DNA of 59,703 nt, the filler included. It is 7 parts of 7 records of this genome, joined end to end, with 100 filler letters (N's around TTAATTAATTAA, not from the genome) between each part and the next. Parts side by side here need not be neighbours in the genome. Positions count along the whole stretch, not along the records: positions 48,231 to 53,422 come from SRR2962707_4673; positions 53,523 to 59,703 come from SRR2962707_4683; 5 more parts are not named here. The stretch is one strand, 5' to 3'. A program made the translations under genes and the position numbers. The first letter of the stretch is position 1, and each line of letters starts with the position of its first letter. Shown piece after piece: positions 50,325 through 59,703 of the stretch. Below the pieces are notes generated by a model, which ran no database searches, had not been told where the DNA came from, and was given only the letters and a program-made list of their open reading frames with translations.

Positions 50325-51197
50325 ATGAGCATGCATATCGCCCTGACCTTTGACGACAATTTCTGGGCGCCGGCCTTTGCCACCATGCGCTCGGTATGCC
50401 TGTTCACCCCGCAGCGCGAAGAGCTGGTGTTTCACCTCTGCCACCGCACGCTGACCCCGGAGCACAAGGCCGACCTCGAGGCAATCCGGGATGAGTTTCC
50501 GGTCACGCTCAAATGGTATGATCTCGACCAGTCCGAGATGTTCCGGGATATCGCCGCGCGCATGCCCGAGAACCGGCGGCTTTCCAATATTGTCTATGCG
50601 CGGCTGATGATCGACCGGCTGGTGGACGAGGATGTTGAGCGCATTCTCTATCTCGACTGCGACATGCTGGTGCGCGACGATGTGGCCTGGCTGTTCGATC
50701 TCCACCTTGAAGGCAACGCCATCGCGGCGGTGCGTGATACAATCGGCGCCCAGATTACCAATGGCCGGGACGTCAGCCGCAATCGCGACATTTTCGATCC
50801 GGGCGATTATTATTTCAATGCGGGCATGATCCTGATCGATGTCGCCAAATGGCGGGCTGCAGATGTGCTGGGCCAGATGGAAAAGGCCTATGCAGATGGC
50901 GTCATGCAGCGCATCTACTACGATCAGGACCTGCTCAATCTGATTTTCAGGCGGAATTGGTTGAAACTGCCCTGGCGCTGGAACCTGATTGATCCCAAGC
51001 CGCCACATGAAAGCCTGGACCCTGCGATCATCCACTATACCGGGGACAACAAGCCCTGGGGCATTTTGTCGACCAAGGTGCCAACCGTGGCGTTTCCGCG
51101 GCTCTATCGCCACACGATGAAAAACGAACTTTTCCATCGCTTCGCCCGGCACCGCTGGAAGCGCTGGTGGCTGAAAAAGCTGCGGCTGGCGCGTTAG
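50325..51197 (+). CDS. Glycosyltransferase family 8
   Basis: YARL, RILYLDCDMLV, YFNAGMILID, DQDLLN, IIHYTG..KPW. Confidence 0.9.
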   Translation: MSMHIALTFDDNFWAPAFATMRSVCLFTPQREELVFHLCHRTLTPEHKADLEAIRDEFPVTLKWYDLDQSEMFRDIAARMPENRRLSNIVYARLMIDRLVDEDVERILYLDCDMLVRDDVAWLFDLHLEGNAIAAVRDTIGAQITNGRDVSRNRDIFDPGDYYFNAGMILIDVAKWRAADVLGQMEKAYADGVMQRIYYDQDLLNLIFRRNWLKLPWRWNLIDPKPPHESLDPAIIHYTGDNKPWGILSTKVPTVAFPRLYRHTMKNELFHRFARHRWKRWWLKKLRLAR

Positions 51198-52003
51198 GCC
51201 ACCGCGGCCGGATCGAGCCCTTCTTCGGCGCAGAGCGCGGCAAGGGCGCTGCCCTTGGCCGGCAGGGGCAGGCCGGCGCGGCCGCGATCGGTCAACTGGC
51301 TGCGCCAGAGGTGAATACCTAGTGTTTCGGGGGTGATGGCTGTGTCCAGGCTGGAGCCGACCTGCATCAGGGCTGGAATGCCCTCATAGGGCACGGGATA
51401 GAAGGTCGCCGCTGACCGCACCGTGTCGGTCAGGCCGTGCCGGGCGACATAATGGGTCAGCGCCATCGGGCCGGTAGCGCCATATTGCATGTGCTCGGGC
51501 GAAACCCGGTCCCCGACCAGGCGGCGGAACGCCACTTCGAGGCGCCGCATCGGCGGCAGATGCGGCTCGAAAAGCGGCCGATTCTCATTCTCGAAAATGG
51601 TCAGGAGATCGGCCAGCAGCGGCGCATCCGCGGGTATATGCAACACCGCGCCATTGACCGAGCCGGGCCGCTCCCAGGCGAAAAGGTAATCTGGCGGCCC
51701 TTCAATAGGCCGGACGCAATAGATGTCGAGATCGGCATAGACGCCGAGCCCGGCGCGCATCACCGCATAGCGGAAATGGTCCGAGAACACGCCAGGCGTG
51801 CCCTTGCCCTTGTAGAACACCAGCTTCTCGCGTGGCAGCACATCGGCCGCATTGCGCCATTCGGCCCCGGCCGGCAGGTTCTCTATGGTCTCATAGGAAT
51901 GCACCAGCACTTGATGGCCGCGCCGGACAAAGGAGGTGATGCACAACACCTCCAGCCAGCTCAGCGGGCCATGCCAGAAGCTGATGATCGGGGGCAGGGT
52001 CAT
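51194..52003 (-). CDS. DXD-motif glycosyltransferase (GT32/alpha-1,4-GT-like)
   Basis: FWHGPLSWLE.LCI.SF, FSDHFRY, GVYADLD, TGP.ALT, IHLW. Confidence 0.7.
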   Translation of the reverse strand: MTLPPIISFWHGPLSWLEVLCITSFVRRGHQVLVHSYETIENLPAGAEWRNAADVLPREKLVFYKGKGTPGVFSDHFRYAVMRAGLGVYADLDIYCVRPIEGPPDYLFAWERPGSVNGAVLHIPADAPLLADLLTIFENENRPLFEPHLPPMRRLEVAFRRLVGDRVSPEHMQYGATGPMALTHYVARHGLTDTVRSAATFYPVPYEGIPALMQVGSSLDTAITPETLGIHLWRSQLTDRGRAGLPLPAKGSALAALCAEEGLDPAAVA

Positions 52004-52126
52004 GCGGGGCTCAACTCATTCGGGTCGCGCGCATCTAGCATGGCGCCGCACAAGAGAAAACCGCCGCCTCCTTTGCGGAGCGCGGCGGCCAAGGTTTTTT
52101 GCATGGGATCGTCTTCTTGACGGACT

Positions 52127-53017
52127 TTAATTGGCGGCCGCCCGGCGGCGGTATTCGGAGGCGATATAGAGCGCGACTACGGCAAACACGACGCCGATAC
52201 CGACCTGTAGCCAGTCGAATTTCTGCAGGAAGTCCGTCACGAACAGCGTGGCATCGAACGGCTCCTGCCCCTCGAAAACCCGGTCGAGATGGTCGGTGGA
52301 CACAGGCAATTGCGAGCGGTAGTCGAGATAGGCCCAGGTGCGGGTGGCAAAGGGATGCAGGCCGCCCAGGGTCACCCATTCCAGCGCCGAAACCACGGTG
52401 GGCAGCAGCAATGAGAGGGGAATGGCCCAGCGGCCCACGACACTGCCCATGGCGCCGACCAGCGCCATATAGGGCAGATACCACAAGAGACCGCAGACCA
52501 GCAGCACGAGGAACACCAGCGCCATCTGGCCGTAAATCCCCACAATGGCGCCGAACAGCCCGGCATTGCCCAGGCCTGCGATCATGGTGGTGACATAGGC
52601 CACGCCAAACATCAGCATGATGCTGACCAGCGCCACCACAAACACGGCCCCGGGCAGGATGGTCAGCGCGGCGGTGATCTTGCTGAGCAGGATCTTGAAG
52701 TCGGTGACTGGCATCGACTTCCAGAACAGCATGGCATTGTTGCGCTTGTCGGCGGCAAAGCCATCAGCGCAATAAAAGAACAGCACGAACCCCAGATAGG
52801 CCAGCCAGGCGCCCGAGAGACCGGCAAAGCCGGCCTCGAACACCCAGGTGGGCACCACGGTCAGCAATTGACCGGAAAAGCGCGTGTCGAGCCGGTCGAC
52901 ACTGAACGCCAGCAGGGTCAGGGCAAAGACCACCCCCACCAGCACCAGCGGCGCGATGAAAAAGGCTCCGCGATGCTCGATGAATTCGCGGTGGACGAGA
53001 GCGAAGAAGGCCTTCAT
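52127..53017 (-). CDS. ABC-2 type permease
   Basis: REF.EHR, D.RN...LFWKSMPVTD..ILLSK; multi-TM. Confidence 0.75.
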   Translation of the reverse strand: MKAFFALVHREFIEHRGAFFIAPLVLVGVVFALTLLAFSVDRLDTRFSGQLLTVVPTWVFEAGFAGLSGAWLAYLGFVLFFYCADGFAADKRNNAMLFWKSMPVTDFKILLSKITAALTILPGAVFVVALVSIMLMFGVAYVTTMIAGLGNAGLFGAIVGIYGQMALVFLVLLVCGLLWYLPYMALVGAMGSVVGRWAIPLSLLLPTVVSALEWVTLGGLHPFATRTWAYLDYRSQLPVSTDHLDRVFEGQEPFDATLFVTDFLQKFDWLQVGIGVVFAVVALYIASEYRRRAAAN

Positions 53018-53422
53018 CGGGCGGTCTCCGGATTGGCTGTGGGCCGCTGCATCAGCGCCACGAAGAGGTCGGAAATGGTGGGCGTCGAGATGCGGCCCAA
53101 AGGTTCGAGTTTTTCGCGTTCGACGCCATCGTAGATGAAGACGGTCTGGCCGAAGCGCGTTTCCTCATAGACCGGGCCATGTGCGCGGGCCTGGGCCTGC
53201 GCTTCAGCGCTGTCGACCACCAGCTGGGTGAATTTCTCGCTCACCGTTTCCATCTGCATGTGGAGGATCATTTCCCCATCACGGATGAACATGATGTCGG
53301 AGAGCATGAACTCGATCTCGTCCACCTGGTGGGTGGTGATGATCAGCGTGCGCTCCTCGGTCATGTAGTCTTCCAGCAGCCGCCGGTAGAAGCGCTTGCG
53401 ATAGGTGATGTCGAGCCCGAGC
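53014..53422 (-). CDS. ABC transporter ATP-binding protein, 5'-truncated
   Basis: LGLDI.YRK.FY..LLEDY, IITTHQVDEIE. Confidence 0.8.
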
Positions 53423-53522
53423 NNNNNNNNNNNNNNNNNNNNNNNNNNNNNNNNNNNNNNNNNNNNTTAATTAATTAANNNNNNNNNNNNNNNNNNNNNN
53501 NNNNNNNNNNNNNNNNNNNNNN
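53423..53522. other. Artificial contig-joining spacer
   Basis: N44-TTAATTAATTAA-N44. Confidence 0.98.
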
Positions 53523-53540
53523 CGCGTTCATGGAGGCTAT

Positions 53541-54302
53541 ATGACACGTTTGACGGCAATGCTCAAAAGCGCTGTGTGTCTGGGCGGGGCGGTGATGAAA
53601 GATCATCTCTGGCCGCCGGTCTGTGCGGTCTGTGAAAGCCCGATACAGGGCGAGGGTGGTCTGTGTCCCGCATGCTGGGATGCCGTGACGTTTCTGGGAG
53701 CGCCGCAGTGTTACGCCTGCGGTGTACCGTTCCCCTATGACCCGGGGGCGGGGACGCTTTGCGCGGATTGTACGCGCGCCCGGCCGCCCTATGAGCGGGC
53801 CCGCGCGGCATTTGTTTATGATGATGCCAGCCGGGCCATGATTCTGGGATTCAAGCACGCCGACCGCACGGATCTGGCGCCGGTGCTGACGCGCTGGCTC
53901 AGACGGCCGGCACAGCCGTTGCTCGAAGATGCGGATATCGTCGCGCCGGTGCCGCTGCACTGGAGCCGGCTGCTGTCGCGCCGCTATAATCAGTCGGCGC
54001 TTTTATCGAATGCGCTGGCGCAAGGCAGGGACATCAAGGCGGTGCCCGATCTATTACGCCGAACCCGCCGCACCGGGACGCAAGGGGGCAAGTCCCGGGC
54101 GGCAAGGCTTCGCAACGTCCGGGGTGTGTTCCGTGTCCATCCGCGCTACGTGCATATGCTTCGTGACCGGCGCGTCCTGCTGGTTGACGACGTCATGACC
54201 ACGGGGGCAACGGTCGAAGCCTGTACGCGGGCGTTGCTCAGAAGCGGCGCCGGGGCGGTTGATGTGATTACGATTGCGCGGGTCGTGACATCCGGGTTTT
54301 GA
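53541..54302 (+). CDS. comF: ComF-family protein (Zn ribbon plus phosphoribosyltransferase)
   Basis: Four CxxC pairs, PVPLH..R...R.YNQS, LLVDDVMTTGAT. Confidence 0.85.
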   Translation: MTRLTAMLKSAVCLGGAVMKDHLWPPVCAVCESPIQGEGGLCPACWDAVTFLGAPQCYACGVPFPYDPGAGTLCADCTRARPPYERARAAFVYDDASRAMILGFKHADRTDLAPVLTRWLRRPAQPLLEDADIVAPVPLHWSRLLSRRYNQSALLSNALAQGRDIKAVPDLLRRTRRTGTQGGKSRAARLRNVRGVFRVHPRYVHMLRDRRVLLVDDVMTTGATVEACTRALLRSGAGAVDVITIARVVTSGF

Positions 54303-54378
54303 TTAGGGCGCTGAACACCTATATCTCATAGATGTGATCAATGCCCTGAATAAACCGCCGTCTTGCCGTGGAGGATAC

Positions 54379-54642
54379 ATGTCGAAGATTGAAATTTATA
54401 CGACCCCGTTCTGTCCCTTCTGTGCGCGGGCCAAGAATCTGCTGAAATCGAAGGGCGTGGATTATATCGAGCACGACGTCATGATGAACGGTTCGCTCAG
54501 GAAGAAAATGACGGAAATGGCCGGCGGCTCCCGCACGGTGCCACAGATATTTGTCGATGGCGCGCACATCGGCGACTGCGACGGCATTCATCGCCTTGAT
54601 GATGACGGCAAGCTCGATGCGTTGCTGGGAATCGGTGCTTGA
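54379..54642 (+). CDS. grxC: Glutaredoxin 3
   Basis: CPFC active site, RTVPQIF, HIG.CD; GGAGG RBS before ATG 54379. Confidence 0.9.
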   Translation: MSKIEIYTTPFCPFCARAKNLLKSKGVDYIEHDVMMNGSLRKKMTEMAGGSRTVPQIFVDGAHIGDCDGIHRLDDDGKLDALLGIGA

Positions 54643-55466
54643 GCAATACCTTCAAGGCGGCTCTGGTTCAGATCACGGCCGGTCCTGACCCGGCGCTGAA
54701 CGCTGAAGCCAATGCGGGTCTTCTGGATCAAGCAGCGGCAAACGGCGCCGATTTCGTGATGTTCCCCGAAGTCTGCAACATGATCGAACCGGACCGCGCC
54801 CAGTGCCGCGCCAAGGCCAGGCCGGCCGCCGATGATGAAACGCTGCAGCGGCTGCGCGAGGGCGCCAAAGCGCATGGAGTCTGGGTTTTGGTCGGCTCCA
54901 TCGTGGCGCAGGCAGAAGACACGCCCGGTAAGCTCGCCAATCGTTCGTTTCTGATCGATGACACCGGCGAAATCGCCGGATCGTACGACAAGATGCATCT
55001 GTTCGATGTCGATGTCGGCACCGGGGATGTTTACCGGGAAAGCGATACCTACCGGGCGGGGGCGTCCGTAACGCTGGTCGACACGCCGTGGGGCAGCTTC
55101 GGGATGACGGTCTGCTATGACATGCGGTTTCCGCATCTCTATCGGGATCTGGCGCGAGCCGGTGCCGTGATGCTGAGCGCCCCGTCGGCCTTTACCCGGC
55201 CGACCGGCGAAGCCCACTGGCATGTTCTGCTCCGTGCGCGGGCTATTGAATGCGGGGCATTCGTTTTTGCCCCGGCGCAGACAGGCGATCATGCCGGCGG
55301 GCGGAAGACCTATGGGCATTCGCTCGCCGTCGGGCCGTGGGGGGAGATATTGGCCGATGGCGGAACGGATCCAGGTATAACCTATGTGGATATCGATACT
55401 GCTGCGGCGCTGGACGCACGCCGGAAAATTCCATCGTTACAGCACGACAGGGCTTATTCTCTCTAG
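54639..55466 (+). CDS. Carbon-nitrogen hydrolase (Nit1/deaminated glutathione amidase-like)
   Basis: FPE, YDKMHLFDV, CYDMRFP, TGEAHWHVLLRARAIE, TYGHS...PWG. Confidence 0.9.
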   Translation: MSNTFKAALVQITAGPDPALNAEANAGLLDQAAANGADFVMFPEVCNMIEPDRAQCRAKARPAADDETLQRLREGAKAHGVWVLVGSIVAQAEDTPGKLANRSFLIDDTGEIAGSYDKMHLFDVDVGTGDVYRESDTYRAGASVTLVDTPWGSFGMTVCYDMRFPHLYRDLARAGAVMLSAPSAFTRPTGEAHWHVLLRARAIECGAFVFAPAQTGDHAGGRKTYGHSLAVGPWGEILADGGTDPGITYVDIDTAAALDARRKIPSLQHDRAYSL

Positions 55467-55467
55467 C

Positions 55468-56031
55468 TCAGGGAAGTTTCATCGGGGACGGCTCGCCGTC
55501 GTCGCGGGCAGACTGTCCGAGATTGTGAACAGCGCAGACCATCTGTTTGACCCCCGGACACTCACCGGTTTCGACAATGCCGTGCTGATACGCCACGATC
55601 TGCAGACGGCCCTGTAGCAGTTCAATCAGTTCGCCGCTTTTCAGAAGATGATCGGGATTTCGGGGCCGGTTGTAGATTTCATTCCCAAGAGCGAAAGTCT
55701 CGTATAGCAGCACGCCGCCCGGGTTCAGCGCCCCGATAAGGTCGTCAAATAATGGCCGATACAGATAATTGCAGACAATCACCGCATCAAACCGGCGGCC
55801 CGCTAAAGGCCATGGGCTGCCATCCTCCAGGTCCGCTTCAATGACTTCGGCTTCGTGTGATCCGGAAAGCGCCTGAAGCGGGTCGGCATTGCGGTCCAGG
55901 GCGGTGACGCTGTATCCGGTTTCGGCAAAGAATCTCACATGCCGGCCACCCCCGGCAGCAACGTCAAGAACGGTGCCGCCCGGCTTAATCAGCGGCTGAT
56001 ATGCGCGGAACCAGTCGGAGGGTTCGCTCAT
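55468..56031 (-). CDS. Class I SAM-dependent methyltransferase
   Basis: VLDVAAGGGRH, ADLE, NYLYRPL, L.PGGVLLYETF. Confidence 0.8.
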   Translation of the reverse strand: MSEPSDWFRAYQPLIKPGGTVLDVAAGGGRHVRFFAETGYSVTALDRNADPLQALSGSHEAEVIEADLEDGSPWPLAGRRFDAVIVCNYLYRPLFDDLIGALNPGGVLLYETFALGNEIYNRPRNPDHLLKSGELIELLQGRLQIVAYQHGIVETGECPGVKQMVCAVHNLGQSARDDGEPSPMKLP

Positions 56032-56185
56032 GCCAAGGTGGCGGGACGTGTGCGGCGGGGGGGCGGTGTTTGTCGGCATGCGTGCAGTATGCCGTCAGCA
56101 AGTTGATTTTGTTAACGCTTTTTTTCTATGAATTCGACACTATATAAGGTCTATATCGCGTTCTTTACGGAGTTCGGCGAAGAAG

Positions 56186-56611
56186 ATGATCAAGTATTCC
56201 GTCAGGTGTGCAAACAGTCACGAGTTTGAAGGCTGGTTCAAGGACAGCGCGACTTTCGATGCGCAGGCCAAAACCGGTGACGTGTCATGCCCGCATTGTG
56301 GCAACACCAAGGTCGTCAAGGCGCCGATGTCGCCGCGTATTGGAAAATCCTCGGTTACAGGATCGACGCCGGAAGCCCGGGCGCGTGAAGTCGCTGAACG
56401 GATCCTCGAAGCTGCGCAGGAAATGCGTCGTGAGGTTGAAGCGAATTGTGAATATGTCGGCGACCAGTTCGCCGATGAGGCACGCCGCATTCATTACGGT
56501 GAATCCGATGAGCGTGGAATTTATGGCGAAGCCAGTGACGAAGAAACCCGCGAACTGGATGAAGAAGGGATCGAGGTTTATCGCCTGCCGACGATCCGCC
56601 GCAATAGCTGA
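56186..56611 (+). CDS. DUF1178 family protein
   Basis: MIKY...C...HEFEGWF, CP.CG...V.KAPM.P, YVG..FA.EAR.IHYGE...R.IYGEA. Confidence 0.9.
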   Translation: MIKYSVRCANSHEFEGWFKDSATFDAQAKTGDVSCPHCGNTKVVKAPMSPRIGKSSVTGSTPEARAREVAERILEAAQEMRREVEANCEYVGDQFADEARRIHYGESDERGIYGEASDEETRELDEEGIEVYRLPTIRRNS

Positions 56612-56630
56612 GCAGGCTCAGATTTCAGGA

Positions 56631-57404
56631 TCAGTCTTTCTTTGCAAAAGCCAGATAGTTGATGTCGAGGCTGCCGCCTGCCGTCCAGGTGTCTGAAACC
56701 GGGTTGTAGTGCATCCCTTCCAGCGCGGTGATTTCCATGCCCGCCCCCCTGAGACCGGCCGCGAGCTCAGACGGTTTCACGAACTTCCGCCACTCATGCG
56801 TGCCAACCGGCAACCACCTGAGCACGTATTCCGCCATGATTTTGGCGAGCGCCAGGGATTTCAGCGTGCGGTTGATGGTCGACAGCACCATGCCGCCACC
56901 CGGGCGCACCATCGATGCGGCGGCTTGCATGAAGGCATCGAGATCGGCGACATGTTCCACGACTTCAAGATTGACGACGATATCGAATGTGACGCCGGTT
57001 TCGGCCAGGTCTTCAGGTTGTTGGACACGGTAATCGATCTCGAGACCGCTTTGCTGGGCGTGGAGTTTGGCAACCTGAATGTTGCGTTCAGCCGCATCGA
57101 TCGCCGTGACCGTTGCGCCAAGGCGGGCCAGGGGTTCCGTGACCAGTCCACCCCCGCAGCCGACGTCGAGCATTCTGAGGCCGGTAAAGGGCTTGTCGGC
57201 ATCCGGGTCTAGCCCGAGCCTTTGGGTTACCTGATCGCGGATAAACCCGAGCCGGACCGGGGCCAGTTGATGCAGGGGCCGGAACTTGCCGTTCGGGTCC
57301 CACCATTGTTCGGCAATCGCTGAAAACCTTGCCACTTCATCGGCGTCGGCTGTGCCACCGTATGCGGGTTTGGCGGTCTCGGCGGTGGCATTGTCGATGG
57401 TCAT
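56631..57404 (-). CDS. ubiG: Ubiquinone biosynthesis O-methyltransferase
   Basis: EVARFS..A..WWDP.GKF.PLH, LDVGCGGG, LEVVEHV, AEYVLRWLP.GTH.W.KF.KPSEL. Confidence 0.9.
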   Translation of the reverse strand: MTIDNATAETAKPAYGGTADADEVARFSAIAEQWWDPNGKFRPLHQLAPVRLGFIRDQVTQRLGLDPDADKPFTGLRMLDVGCGGGLVTEPLARLGATVTAIDAAERNIQVAKLHAQQSGLEIDYRVQQPEDLAETGVTFDIVVNLEVVEHVADLDAFMQAAASMVRPGGGMVLSTINRTLKSLALAKIMAEYVLRWLPVGTHEWRKFVKPSELAAGLRGAGMEITALEGMHYNPVSDTWTAGGSLDINYLAFAKKD

Positions 57405-57603
57405 ACGGATCGGGCCTTTTCGTTGGACTTCCGGGGGCCGGAAGTGCGTATCAGGGTTGCTTGCGCGCAACCCACAGAGTATGTATGCGCCGCCCGTGCT
57501 TCAACCCAAACCATGCGGATGACGCGGACAGGTGTATTCCGGCAATTTGTCCGGAATATGTCCTTATTTATTCCCCGGGGCTGTCCTGGAAAGTTAGTGG
57601 AAA

Positions 57604-58824
57604 ATGGCGCGGATCGTACAAAAATTCGGTGGCACTTCGGTTGCCAATGTGGAGAGGATCAAGGCTGTGGCGCAGCGCGTCAAGGCCGAGGTCGATGCGG
57701 GCAATGAGGTTGCCGTGATCCTTTCGGCGATGTCCGGCGAGACGAACAAGCTCGTCGACTTCGTCACGTCCGTCAGCAAACTGTATGACGCACGCGAATA
57801 TGACACCATCGTTGCCACCGGTGAGCAGGTTACGGTCGGACTTCTGTCGCTGGCGCTTCAGGATATCGGCATTCCCGCCCGCTCATGGCTGGGCTGGCAG
57901 ATTCCGATCCATACGGACGGCGTGCACGGCAAGGCCCGTATCCAGCGTATCGAAACCGAGGAAATGGAAAAGCGCCTTGGGCGAGGCGAGGTCTGCGTTG
58001 TCGCTGGGTTCCAGGGGATCGGACCGGACAACCGGATCACCACACTCGGCCGTGGCGGCTCGGACACCAGCGCGGTTGCCATCGCGGCGGCGCTCAAGGC
58101 CGATCGGTGCGATATATATACGGACGTGGACGGGGTCTATACGACGGACCCCCGGATCACGCCGAAAGCCCGAAAGCTGGACAAGATCACTTACGAAGAA
58201 ATGCTGGAAATGGCGTCGGTCGGCGCGAAAGTCCTGCAGACGCGCTCCGTTGAAATGGCCATGAAGCATGGTGTGCGCGTGCAGGTACTGTCCAGCTATT
58301 CAGACGAACCCGGAACCCTTGTTGTTGATGAGGATGAGATCGTGGAACAGGAATTGGTAAGCGGCATTGCCTATAGCCGCGACGAAGCAAAAATCACACT
58401 GGTGGCGGTTCCGGATCAGCCGGGTATCGCGGCATCGATTTTCGGGCCGCTGGCGGATAACGGCATTAACGTGGATATGATTGTGCAGAATATCTCGCAT
58501 GAAGATCGCTCCACGGACTTGACGTTCACGCTACCGATCGCGGACCTTGAACGCGCTGTTGCGACGCTCGAAAGCAAGCGTGAAGATTTGCAGTTTACGG
58601 ATATCCGCGCCGACAAGAACGTGACCAAGCTCTCCGTGATCGGTGTCGGTATGCGTTCACATGCCGGTGTCGCGCAAAAGATGTTCACGACGCTCGCCGA
58701 AAAAGGCATCAACATCCAGGTTATTTCGACTTCGGAAATCAAGGTCAGTGTCCTGATTGCCGAGGAATACACGGAACTCGCGGTTCGCGCGCTGCATACG
58801 GCTTACGGCCTGGACGCAGACTGA
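57604..58824 (+). CDS. lysC: Aspartate kinase
   Basis: VQKFGGTSV, TTLGRGGSDTSAVA, YTDVDGVYTTDP, two ACT domains, ISTSEIK. Confidence 0.95.
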   Translation: MARIVQKFGGTSVANVERIKAVAQRVKAEVDAGNEVAVILSAMSGETNKLVDFVTSVSKLYDAREYDTIVATGEQVTVGLLSLALQDIGIPARSWLGWQIPIHTDGVHGKARIQRIETEEMEKRLGRGEVCVVAGFQGIGPDNRITTLGRGGSDTSAVAIAAALKADRCDIYTDVDGVYTTDPRITPKARKLDKITYEEMLEMASVGAKVLQTRSVEMAMKHGVRVQVLSSYSDEPGTLVVDEDEIVEQELVSGIAYSRDEAKITLVAVPDQPGIAASIFGPLADNGINVDMIVQNISHEDRSTDLTFTLPIADLERAVATLESKREDLQFTDIRADKNVTKLSVIGVGMRSHAGVAQKMFTTLAEKGINIQVISTSEIKVSVLIAEEYTELAVRALHTAYGLDAD

Positions 58825-58875
58825 CGCAGCTCCCGGTTTGGCCGGGGCGTATCGCCACCGAAGGAAGCTCGAGGC

Positions 58876-59703
58876 ATGCCCGAGAAAACGCCACGCGCCA
58901 AATTGACACCGGCACCGCGTCGGCTGTTGGCGCGTGTCCGCGACCTGATGGCGGAAACCGGTACGGCAGAACAGCGTCTCGATCAGATCGCAGAAATCGT
59001 TGCCGCCGACCTCGTCGCCGAAGTTTGCTCGATCTATGTGCGGCGTGCCGGTGATATTCTTGAGCTTTTCGCCACGCGCGGCCTGAAACCGTCCGCCGTT
59101 CACAATACACGGCTCAGGATCGGCGAAGGTATCATCGGTGAAATCGGGGCACTGGCCCGTCCATTTGCGCTGGCTGATGCGCAGCAGCATCCGAGCTTTG
59201 CTTACCGCCCGGAAACGGGCGAAGAAGCCTTCCACTCAATGATGGGTGTGCCGATCCTGCGTAGCGGGCGCGTGATTGGGGTCATGGCGGTGCAGAACCG
59301 CACCCGCCGGAACTATACGGAAGAAGAAGTCGAAAGCCTGCAGACCGTCGCCATGGTGCTGGCGGAACTGGTGGCCGGCGGTGAACTGATCAATCCGAAC
59401 GAACTGCTGCCGGCCGACGGGCTGGCAACGGCACCGCTTCGTCTCGAAGGGTTGAGACTCAACGGGGGCATCGGCATCGGCCAGGCCGTCGTGCACCGCC
59501 CGCATTTCCGGATCGAACGGCTGGTTGCCGAAGATCCCGACATCGAACTGGAACGGTTGCAGACGGCATTCGTTGATATGCATGGCGCCATCGACGACAT
59601 GATGACGTCGGAACAGATGAAAGTCAGCGGCGAGCATCGCGATATCATGGAAACCTATTCCATGATCGCCCGGGATCAGGGCTGGCTGAAGCGCATGGAA
59701 GAA
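58876..59703 (+). CDS. ptsP: PEP-protein phosphotransferase EI-Ntr, 3'-truncated (absent from the ORF track)
   Basis: Hand translation MPEK...RRLLARVRDLMA...QRLDQI..IVAADLVAEVCSIY...LELFAT.GL...VH.TRL.IGEG (GAF domain); lysC-ptsP synteny. Confidence 0.9.
   Translation, partial: MPEKTPRAKLTPAPRRLLARVRDLMAETGTAEQRLDQIAEIVAADLVAEVCSIYVRRAGDILELFATRGLKPSAVHNTRLRIGEGIIGEIGALARPFALADAQQHPSFAYRPETGEEAFHSMMGVPILRSGRVIGVMAVQNRTRRNYTEEEVESLQTVAMVLAELVAGGELINPNELLPADGLATAPLRLEGLRLNGGIGIGQAVVHRPHFRIERLVAEDPDIELERLQTAFVDMHGAIDDMMTSEQMKVSGEHRDIMETYSMIARDQGWLKRMEE

Noticed and set aside
53523-59703. Novelty in contig 7
   Set aside because: comF-grxC-nitrilase-DUF1178 and ubiG/lysC-ptsP is a conserved alphaproteobacterial arrangement

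Overview
The window is not one locus. It joins seven unrelated contigs with 100-nt artificial spacers (N44-TTAATTAATTAA-N44) at 10204-10303, 26392-26491, 33278-33377, 41367-41466, 48131-48230 and 53423-53522. Contig 1 (1-10203, Marinobacter-like gammaproteobacterium): polyamine ABC transporters, a membrane GGDEF protein, an AGCS symporter and teaC/teaD. Contig 2 (10304-26391, Marinobacter-like): the 3' end of nrdJb, then an integron cassette array with an attI-like site but no integrase. I can delimit five cassettes from complementary R'/R'' cores: a two-gene ParA-like ATPase plus small protein, three membrane-anchored unknowns and a stand-alone HEPN-like protein. A 168-bp MITE sits exactly at one attC crossover GTT, and a GGGGTAAGTCC-type motif coincides with broken attC sites. 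A tail of cassette-like stress genes with eroded attC follows. Contigs 3 and 5 are eukaryotic and intron-rich (a kinesin; an unknown gene convergent with an SDR). Contig 4 is Rhodobacteraceae-like (pyrG end, rlmJ, two TerB, amino-acid ABC, GS-like/GATase). Contig 6 is Hyphomicrobiales-like (sitABC with a Mur box, glycosyltransferases). Contig 7 is an alphaproteobacterial housekeeping block (comF, grxC, nitrilase, ubiG, lysC, ptsP). The best candidate for something new is the cassette array at 10976-16115, especially the ParA two-gene cassette and the small elements targeting attC. Taxonomic and functional calls come from motif recognition, not database searches.
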